Source: Spirochaetia bacterium
GTDB taxonomy: Bacteria; Spirochaetota; Spirochaetia; UBA9216
Direction: 5' to 3'
Assembly: GCA_963677925.2 (NCBI GenBank)
Contig: CAXXYH010000001.1
Coordinates: forward strand, 1-64,000
DNA: 64,000 nt
Shown: positions 57,215 to 64,000 of the stretch, piece by piece
Position numbering within the stretch: position 1 is the stretch's first letter
Layout of the letters: each line of letters starts with the position of its first letter
Notes under the pieces: model-generated
The model's database searches: none
The model's input: only the letters and a program-made list of their open reading frames with translations
What the model was told of the DNA's origin: nothing
Position numbers and translations under genes: made by a program

Positions 57215-60200
57215 TCATATCGATGTCTCGGCTACAGCCTTATCGTAACCATCGCGCCGTATATGTCTTTTCTCAATCAAGGTATAAATAACCGGAACCA
57301 GAATCAATGTAAGAAGCGTTGATGTTATCAGTCCCCCTGCTATAGCCTGACCAAGCGGTGCATAAACCTCTGAGCCGTTTCCAAAGGCGAAGGCCATCGG
57401 CAGAACTCCAAAAAAGGTCGTCAGTGTAGTCATAAGTATAGGCTTTAACCTTGATGAGCATCCTTCAAGAACCGCCTGTTCAAGTCCTGTGCCCTTTTTC
57501 CGAAGCAGGTTAAGGTAGTCAATCATTACAATACCGTTGTTAACAACCATTCCGGCCAGAGATATCATACCAAGCATTGGAATGATGGATATCGTGGAAC
57601 CGAAGGCAATAAGACCTAAAACAACACCAATCAGCGTGAATGGGATTGAAATCATTATTATAAACGGCTGAACGAATCTTTCAAATTGAATAACCATAAC
57701 CATGTAGACAAGAAAGACAGCGATTCCCAGTATCATAAACAATGATTTAAATGAAGACCCGATGAGACTTGAGGTTCCCGCAATCTCCCATGAAACTCCG
57801 TAGGGAAGCTCAACATCATTCATATATTCCGACATTCTTCCGGTTACACCCATCTGATCCTGGGTTGTAAGGTATCCTGTGATTGTGATTGATATATTTC
57901 TGTTTTCCTTGGCTATCGATGAGACTGCCGGCTCCCTGTCGATTTCAGTGAGACTTGAGAGTGCAATCGGATCTCCTGAGGGCGTCTTGAGGGTAATCAT
58001 ATTTATAGTGTTTTCATCAATATCAGATCCGGCCACCTCTGAAGACAGCAGGATTGGTATATTCCCTTCATCGGTACGGTATTTACCGGTTTCCATGCCG
58101 TTAAAGAGAATTCTTGAAGTAACGGCTGTTTCATACGGTGTGATGCCGGTAGAGCCCAGATAATCAAGGATAAGATTTGATACAAGCTGTTCCTTTCCAT
58201 AGTTCATGCTCATAGTTGTTTTAAAAACTTCCGGGTCATTCTCCAGCTGTCCGTCGACTATTTCAGCAGACTTCATGACCTGCTCAAGGCTGTTACCGTA
58301 AAGCCTGACCTTAAAACCCTGACCGCCGGTTGCCATACCCAGCAGTGAATCAAAGCCTCCGTTTACAACAATTACATCGATATCGGTGATTTCATTATTC
58401 AGGGCGGTCTGAAGTGAGTCTACAATTTCGTGAACGGTCCTGTCCCGGTGCTGATTCCCTGTGAGTCTTATTCTGCCGATTGCGACATTTTTCTTTGATG
58501 CTGAACTGAGGGTGCTTGAAGCACCGACATAGTATATTGAAGTTTCAATCTCAGGCGTAAGCTCAGTAACCAGCCTGTCTATTTCATCAATTTTGTCCCT
58601 TGTCTGCAGCAGGCTGTAAGATTCAGGGGTTTTGATGTGAATTTCAAACTCACCTGTATCGGAGGGAGGTATAAAACTGATTCCCATAAATGAAATAAGC
58701 ATTACCGTGAGCACAAGCACTACAACAGCAACTATTAGTACCCTCAGCGGCCGTCTTATAGCCCCTGCAAGTATTTTCCTATATCCGGATGTTAGCTTAT
58801 CCAGAGCTCCGTCGATAATTCTGTGAAACAGTACAGTTGATTTAAATCGCGGTTTATCCTCTTTAAGAAACTGGGCGGAAAGGTATGGCACGACTATAAC
58901 AGATACCAGAGCCGACGCGCCCAGGGCAATGACTATAGTAAGGGATAAGCCCTTCATTATTATACCAATCAGCCCTGTTAGAAAAATCATCGGCAGAAAT
59001 ACGCAGATTGACGTGGTTGCCGATGCCAGCACTGCTCCCCCTACTTCTCCTGCTCCGATTGAGGCCGAACCGGCCGGATCGCCTGAGTCTGCAAAGTGGC
59101 GGTTGGTGTTTTCGAGAACTACGATGGAACTGTCCACGATCATACCGATTGCAACCGTGAGGCCGGACAGGCTGAGCATGTTCATTGTCGTTCCGGTCAG
59201 GTACATTCCTATTACGGTGATCAGCATTGAAAGCGGAATTGAAAGTCCGATGATAATAGTACTGCGGATGTTATGCAGAAAGATATAGATGATAAGGATG
59301 GCAAGAGCTATTCCGGTAAAGGCTGATTTGAGAACTGTATTGATAGTAAGCTCGGTGGTTACCTTTTCATCGGCTATAGTATAGAACTCAATCAGTCCCG
59401 AGTATTTTGCTTCAGTTTCCGCTTCAATACGCTTCAGACTGTCTACAATATCGAGTGTATTGCCTTCCTGGCGTTTCATAACATCTATAGCCATAACAGC
59501 CTGATTGTCGGAACGGATGTAAAAATCAGGTTCAGCGAAATTTATTTCGATATCCGCAATATCCTTGAGGTAGACATATGAATCATCAACATGACCTACC
59601 ACTAGGTTCTGTATCTCTTCTATGTTTGAAAATTCACCTGAAGTCCGGAGATTCAGTGCCTCATCCTTGTAACTGATCTCTCCGGCCGGGAAAGAAATGT
59701 TCGAATACTGAAGAAGCTGGTAGATATCGAGTACTGAAAGTCCTCTGGGTTCAAGTTCATTTATATGCAGTTTTATCTCAAGCTGTTTCTGTACTCCGCC
59801 TTTTATCTGAATGTTTGAAACCCCGTCAATTCTGGTAATCTGGGGACTGAACTCATTTTCGATAAAATCTGTGAGAACTTCCGGCTCAAGTCTGCTTTTT
59901 ACCATTACTGAATAGATTGGAAGAATAGCCGCCATATCATGAACTATAATAACAGGATCGCCTGATATCCCCTCCGGCAGATCATCCATAGCCGCGTTGA
60001 CGAGTTCCCTTATTTCCGGCAGTTTGGCGTAGGCATCCACATTTTCATCGAATTCGATTACTACCGAGGACACTGAATCACTTGATGTCGAGGTCAGATT
60101 CGCAAGCCCTGAGAGACTTATTAATGAATCTTCAAGCGGTGCTGTAACATCACGTTCGACACTCTCGGCATCTACACCGGGATATATCGTAACCACAGAT

Positions 60201-60334
60201 GCTCCGGGCATGCCTATTGCCGGAAATGCTTCCTGGTTTGAACCCTGCAGAGCAAAGAAACCGAAGAAAACTACGGCAATCAGTATTATGGTAATAACGG
60301 CAGGATGCTTTATCGAATAATCTGCAAGTTTCAT
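57215..60334 (-). CDS. RND efflux transporter permease (AcrB/AcrD/AcrF family)
   Basis: 1039 aa; TIYPG....VE..VT.PLE, GMIVDSSIVVLEN, VVNNGIVMID, RLKPILMTT, PLGQAIAGGL. Confidence 0.95.
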   Translation of the reverse strand: MKLADYSIKHPAVITIILIAVVFFGFFALQGSNQEAFPAIGMPGASVVTIYPGVDAESVERDVTAPLEDSLISLSGLANLTSTSSDSVSSVVIEFDENVDAYAKLPEIRELVNAAMDDLPEGISGDPVIIVHDMAAILPIYSVMVKSRLEPEVLTDFIENEFSPQITRIDGVSNIQIKGGVQKQLEIKLHINELEPRGLSVLDIYQLLQYSNISFPAGEISYKDEALNLRTSGEFSNIEEIQNLVVGHVDDSYVYLKDIADIEINFAEPDFYIRSDNQAVMAIDVMKRQEGNTLDIVDSLKRIEAETEAKYSGLIEFYTIADEKVTTELTINTVLKSAFTGIALAILIIYIFLHNIRSTIIIGLSIPLSMLITVIGMYLTGTTMNMLSLSGLTVAIGMIVDSSIVVLENTNRHFADSGDPAGSASIGAGEVGGAVLASATTSICVFLPMIFLTGLIGIIMKGLSLTIVIALGASALVSVIVVPYLSAQFLKEDKPRFKSTVLFHRIIDGALDKLTSGYRKILAGAIRRPLRVLIVAVVVLVLTVMLISFMGISFIPPSDTGEFEIHIKTPESYSLLQTRDKIDEIDRLVTELTPEIETSIYYVGASSTLSSASKKNVAIGRIRLTGNQHRDRTVHEIVDSLQTALNNEITDIDVIVVNGGFDSLLGMATGGQGFKVRLYGNSLEQVMKSAEIVDGQLENDPEVFKTTMSMNYGKEQLVSNLILDYLGSTGITPYETAVTSRILFNGMETGKYRTDEGNIPILLSSEVAGSDIDENTINMITLKTPSGDPIALSSLTEIDREPAVSSIAKENRNISITITGYLTTQDQMGVTGRMSEYMNDVELPYGVSWEIAGTSSLIGSSFKSLFMILGIAVFLVYMVMVIQFERFVQPFIIMISIPFTLIGVVLGLIAFGSTISIIPMLGMISLAGMVVNNGIVMIDYLNLLRKKGTGLEQAVLEGCSSRLKPILMTTLTTFFGVLPMAFAFGNGSEVYAPLGQAIAGGLITSTLLTLILVPVIYTLIEKRHIRRDGYDKAVAETSI

Positions 60335-60343
60335 CCGCTGCCT

Positions 60344-61405
60344 CTATCGGATACTTACCGGACTGCCTTCAACCAGAAAGCTCTGTCCTTCGATAATGAA
60401 GTCACTGTCTGAATATTTCTCCGGCACAGCAAAAAAACGGTTATTGGAATATACTTCATCAAAACTGATTTTCTCTGCAGTTTCATCAGCATGATTTACA
60501 ATCCAGAGTGAATTGCCGGGACCGTAGACTGAATGAGGCAGATACCAGAGGCCGTCCTGCCTGTCGGTTTCAAAAATACAGTAGACAAACATTCCCGGCC
60601 GGAGTTCAGCCTCTTTATCGTTAATCCCTGCGACAATATCGAAGTTTCTTGTCTGGGCATTTATCATCGGTGAAATTTCACTGATTTCTGCTGTATGGAA
60701 AGCTGTAAGGCCGTCCTTGGAGACAGTTACCTTCATATCAGGATTTTTAGAGAAAAGTTCATAATACTTTTCCGGTACCCTAAGTTTGACTATAAGGTTT
60801 TTAAGATTGCCGATTGTCATAACCGGTATTTCCGGAGCTGCCATTGCCCCCTCTGTTGTATGCACCTTTAGAACTGTACCGCTGATAGGCGCTTCAATAT
60901 GCGTATAGCTTACCTGGAGCTGTGCCAGTTCATACTGTGATTTATATGCATCATACTGGGACTTGGTCTGATCATAATTCTGCCTGGTTGCAGCGCCTGA
61001 ATTATACATCTGTTCTATTCTTTCGTAGGAAGACTGGATCCCGAAATACGCCGCCTCGGCCTGTTTAAGCTGGAGGTCATAGGATTTTGAATCAATCTCC
61101 GCTATAACCTCTCCTTTTTCAACTGAGTCTCCGGCGGTCTTTGCAAGGCTCTCAAGAGTGCCTGAAACAAATGGAAGAACCGTTACTATTTCATTGGACT
61201 CAACATAACCGGTAAGTTTGAGTTCTCTTTCCAGAGAGCCGAACTGCGGTTTTAATACTTTTACCGGGGTTCCCGCGGGAGCTTCGGTTTCTTTAGGAAT
61301 TTCCTTTCTGGCAAAAACGGTGACGGCAGAAAGCAGAACAACAACTGCTATGAGTACGGCAGAGGTGATAATTACAGCAAATTTCTTTTTAGAAAGAATA
61401 TTCAT
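60344..61405 (-). CDS. RND efflux periplasmic adaptor (membrane fusion protein)
   Basis: N-terminal TM, GDSVEKGEVIAEID lipoyl-like motif, IEAPISG, LRPGMF. Confidence 0.93.
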   Translation of the reverse strand: MNILSKKKFAVIITSAVLIAVVVLLSAVTVFARKEIPKETEAPAGTPVKVLKPQFGSLERELKLTGYVESNEIVTVLPFVSGTLESLAKTAGDSVEKGEVIAEIDSKSYDLQLKQAEAAYFGIQSSYERIEQMYNSGAATRQNYDQTKSQYDAYKSQYELAQLQVSYTHIEAPISGTVLKVHTTEGAMAAPEIPVMTIGNLKNLIVKLRVPEKYYELFSKNPDMKVTVSKDGLTAFHTAEISEISPMINAQTRNFDIVAGINDKEAELRPGMFVYCIFETDRQDGLWYLPHSVYGPGNSLWIVNHADETAEKISFDEVYSNNRFFAVPEKYSDSDFIIEGQSFLVEGSPVSIR

Positions 61406-61461
61406 TCTTTTAATATAAGAATTTTATTGATTTTTTTCAATATATTTGTGATACTAATTTT
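61406..61461. promoter_or_regulatory. Overlapping divergent promoters (MFP and TetR) with candidate TetR operator palindromes
   Basis: Plus strand TTGATT-N17-GATACT, 6 nt, ATG 61462. Minus strand TTGAAA-N17-TATATT, 6 nt, ATG 61405. Inverted repeats TATTGA-N6-TCAATA (61425-61442) and ATTCTT-N7-AAGAAT (61404-61422). Confidence 0.7.
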
Positions 61462-62064
61462 ATGGCAAGACAAAGAGATGAAAAAAAGAAAGAAGTAATA
61501 ATAGAAACTGCAACGGAACTGTTTGCCAGGAAAGGATTTCACGCTACATCCATCCAGGACATCGTTGCTGAATCGGGCCTGTCTGTAGGTACAATTTATC
61601 TTTACTTTGCCAATAAAGAAGAAATATTTGATGCCCTTCTCGATTCAGGCATTGAAATCCTGCGTATAGAGCTCTTTTTAAATATTGATATAGAGATGAG
61701 CAATCAGGAAAAAGCACTTCGGTTTACTGAAAATATCATGCAGCTTATCAAAAATCACAACAAAATAGTCACTGTTATCTTTAATGAGCTTAGTTTTCAA
61801 AACAAACTTCAGAATTTTTATCAGCGGATGGCTGGTATAATAGCAGAAAGATTTCATCAGGGCGATGCTGAAAGCATCTATGGGATGCTTAAACTGAATC
61901 ACAGGGAGTTCTTCGTATTCGTTACCATAGTTGCAACTGGAATAGCCAACGCAATCAGGATATCACTTGCGAGTGGTGAGCTTATGGATTACCGTGATGT
62001 TAAAAAAGTTCTGAATGAAATCATTTTAAAAAGTCTTGTAGACAGAATCGAAATCAATCAGTAA
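61462..62064 (+). CDS. TetR/AcrR-family transcriptional regulator
   Basis: LFARKGFHATSIQDIVAESGLSVGTIYLYFANKEEI HTH; divergent from the RND operon. Confidence 0.95.
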   Translation: MARQRDEKKKEVIIETATELFARKGFHATSIQDIVAESGLSVGTIYLYFANKEEIFDALLDSGIEILRIELFLNIDIEMSNQEKALRFTENIMQLIKNHNKIVTVIFNELSFQNKLQNFYQRMAGIIAERFHQGDAESIYGMLKLNHREFFVFVTIVATGIANAIRISLASGELMDYRDVKKVLNEIILKSLVDRIEINQ

Positions 62065-62081
62065 AAAAAGCCTGCTCCCTA

Positions 62082-62110
62082 TTGAATTTCAAACTAACGG
62101 TATGTATATT
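62082..62110 (+). promoter_or_regulatory. Sigma-70-like promoter of the lipoprotein gene
   Basis: TTGAAT-N17-TATATT; GGAG SD at 62138-62141. Confidence 0.55.
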
Positions 62111-62150
62111 CTAATTAAAGAACGAGCATTCCTTTTTGGAGATTTTATAT

Positions 62151-63944
62151 ATGATGAAACTTAAAAAAAATATCCCGTTTGCAACAGCTGCTTTTATGGC
62201 TTTATCATTACTGCTTGCAGGCTGTTCTGTTGTCTTTACAAGTTCTGCAAACGGAAACATATCAGATTATGAACTGTATGAAAACGGAGATTCAGGCGCC
62301 GGAATCAGTGATGCCTATGTATATCTATATCTGGATGAGGCTGATCAGCTTAGCGATCTTGAGGCCTGGCAGGCTGATGAAAGCTTTCTGCCCGAGAACC
62401 GGACTGATACCGAACCCCTCTATTTTAACAAGACAGTTACAGATGACCAAGGCGACTATACTTTTAACGGCCTTATATGGAATGATTTATTCCCGAAATA
62501 CGGGAAGTCCGGAGACAGAAAAGAAGTCTTTCTGCTTTTTTACCATCGTAATTACGGCCTGGCCGCAAACCCCTCTCCGGTGTATATAGTTTCAGATGTT
62601 ACAAACCGGATTCCGGTTATAACGCTTAATAAAATTATGAATACTGCAGAAATCACCGGTGTTGTTACTGAAGCTGCAAGCGGCGATTACCTGGCAAATG
62701 CCACTGTTAATATCTGGGTGCCCCTGTCCTGGGAGTACAATTCAGACGGTTCCGTAAATACTGATGAAGCGAGTTTTACCTGGGCAGAAAATTCGACATA
62801 TACATCGAATACCGATGAGAACGGCGAATGGAGCAGAGAAATATCTTATAACATGCTGCCCTCTTCCACCGATAATGCCGGAACTGTGATTGTAAGAATT
62901 ACCTATTCCGCGGGGGGCTACATAGCCGAGAACGCCTCTGATGCCGACATAACCGACGGCGGCTGGGATATTGATGCTAACGGGGTTATTGATGATGATG
63001 AGAATACCGGCTATCTGCAGACTGCAGAGATATCAGCCGGAACATATCATGATACGGGTACAACCGCTCTTGCTGATGAGTTTAATACTTCTGAAATTTC
63101 CGGAACTGTAATTAATTCAAACACCGGAGAAGGTGAAGCGAATGTTATTGTTGAAATATTTGCAGCCGAAGAATGGACCTACAGTGATTCCTCGGATCCC
63201 GAAAGTATAATTTATACAGATATCGTCTGGCCTGAGAATCCCTCCTATACTCTTACAACCGATGATTCAGGAGAATACTCGCAGACTGTTGAGTTTGAAA
63301 GACGGCCGTCTGAAACAAACAACCTTGAAACCAGCTGTGTAAGAATTGTTTTTACAAAGAACAGCTTCCTGATAGATAATACAACAGATTCAAAGCTGAC
63401 AGACGGAGGCTGGGATCGTGACGGCAACGGCACAACAGAATCGGACGAGTCTGACGCCTACTATGAACCCGCTTATTATGATGCATCTGCTCACACCAAT
63501 TATATCCTTCACAATGAACAGAGCACGGATATGGGTAGCATAGTTATCAAGCAGACCGAGTTCAGCGAAACATTGTCCGGGGAGGTCTGGAACGCAGCCG
63601 GAACATTGCAGGTAAACGGCGTTGAAGTATGGCTGTTTTTTAATCCTGACGCCGCAACACTTCTGACTGCAGCTCCGGCAGACGGCGATGCTCCTGATTA
63701 TATTGATACAACTGTAAACCAGATTATAGACACCAATAATTATGAGAAGGGCCATTTCTCATTTGACGGACTTGAATGGACAGATACTGCTTACACCGGT
63801 AACCAGAGCCGTGCCTCATACTACCTCTACCTGCCGACCTCTGCTGAAATTGAGGCAGGGGTATATGATATTGCGAATGCGGCCAATCTTGAGAAGGGTT
63901 ATGTTACCGCGGGATCTTCAAACTATGTGAGTCTGACCCAATGA
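62151..63944 (+). CDS. Acidic lipoprotein with tandem prealbumin/carboxypeptidase-regulatory-like beta domains
   Basis: Lipobox LLAG-C; repeated I(T/S)G.V....G....N..V.I and T.TD..G.(Y/W) motifs; duplicated TDGGWD.D.NG. Confidence 0.8.
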   Translation: MMKLKKNIPFATAAFMALSLLLAGCSVVFTSSANGNISDYELYENGDSGAGISDAYVYLYLDEADQLSDLEAWQADESFLPENRTDTEPLYFNKTVTDDQGDYTFNGLIWNDLFPKYGKSGDRKEVFLLFYHRNYGLAANPSPVYIVSDVTNRIPVITLNKIMNTAEITGVVTEAASGDYLANATVNIWVPLSWEYNSDGSVNTDEASFTWAENSTYTSNTDENGEWSREISYNMLPSSTDNAGTVIVRITYSAGGYIAENASDADITDGGWDIDANGVIDDDENTGYLQTAEISAGTYHDTGTTALADEFNTSEISGTVINSNTGEGEANVIVEIFAAEEWTYSDSSDPESIIYTDIVWPENPSYTLTTDDSGEYSQTVEFERRPSETNNLETSCVRIVFTKNSFLIDNTTDSKLTDGGWDRDGNGTTESDESDAYYEPAYYDASAHTNYILHNEQSTDMGSIVIKQTEFSETLSGEVWNAAGTLQVNGVEVWLFFNPDAATLLTAAPADGDAPDYIDTTVNQIIDTNNYEKGHFSFDGLEWTDTAYTGNQSRASYYLYLPTSAEIEAGVYDIANAANLEKGYVTAGSSNYVSLTQ

Positions 63945-64000
63945 TAAAAAAACTGAGAGCTGCCCGAAAGGTGTCGGGATTTTTAAAAATAATTATTGCT

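Noticed and set aside
712-63930. Numerous 60-150 aa ORFs antisense to or overlapping the annotated genes
   Set aside because: They lie within well-supported conserved CDSs and show no recognisable motifs or translation signals.

Overview
This window is core chromosome of a spirochaete, probably a free-living Spirochaetales member. The evidence is a ~900-aa GreA, NusA with a C-terminal zinc ribbon, spirochaetal lipoboxes and Borrelia/Treponema-like gene order. It holds mrdA-rodA, a radical-SAM fusion, mazG, a CHASE2 adenylate cyclase, a GAF sigma-54 activator, rpsA-cmk-rluB-scpBA-folK-recA, rpe and greA. It continues with murJ-tgt-lptGF-dut-pnp-rpsO-ribF-truB-rbfA-infB-nusA-rimP, comF-mutS-skp-bamA-tamB, tmk, an RND pump with a divergent TetR, and a repeat-containing lipoprotein. 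I found no rRNA, tRNA, CRISPR array or transposase, and no new multi-gene system that I can support. The most notable signals not explained by the ORF track are: (1) a clear XerCD dif site at 6135-6162 where gene orientation converges, suggesting the replication terminus; (2) six genes whose -10 box sits 6-7 nt before the start codon, implying leaderless mRNAs; (3) a tamB frame extending 167 codons upstream to a CTG start overlapped by a 6-codon mini-ORF; (4) a 1-nt frameshift in mrdA just before the KTG motif; (5) a terminator in the rimP-nusA leader; (6) a 22-unit Gly/Tyr/Gln/Arg tandem repeat in IF2. All motif calls were read by eye and no database searches were run.
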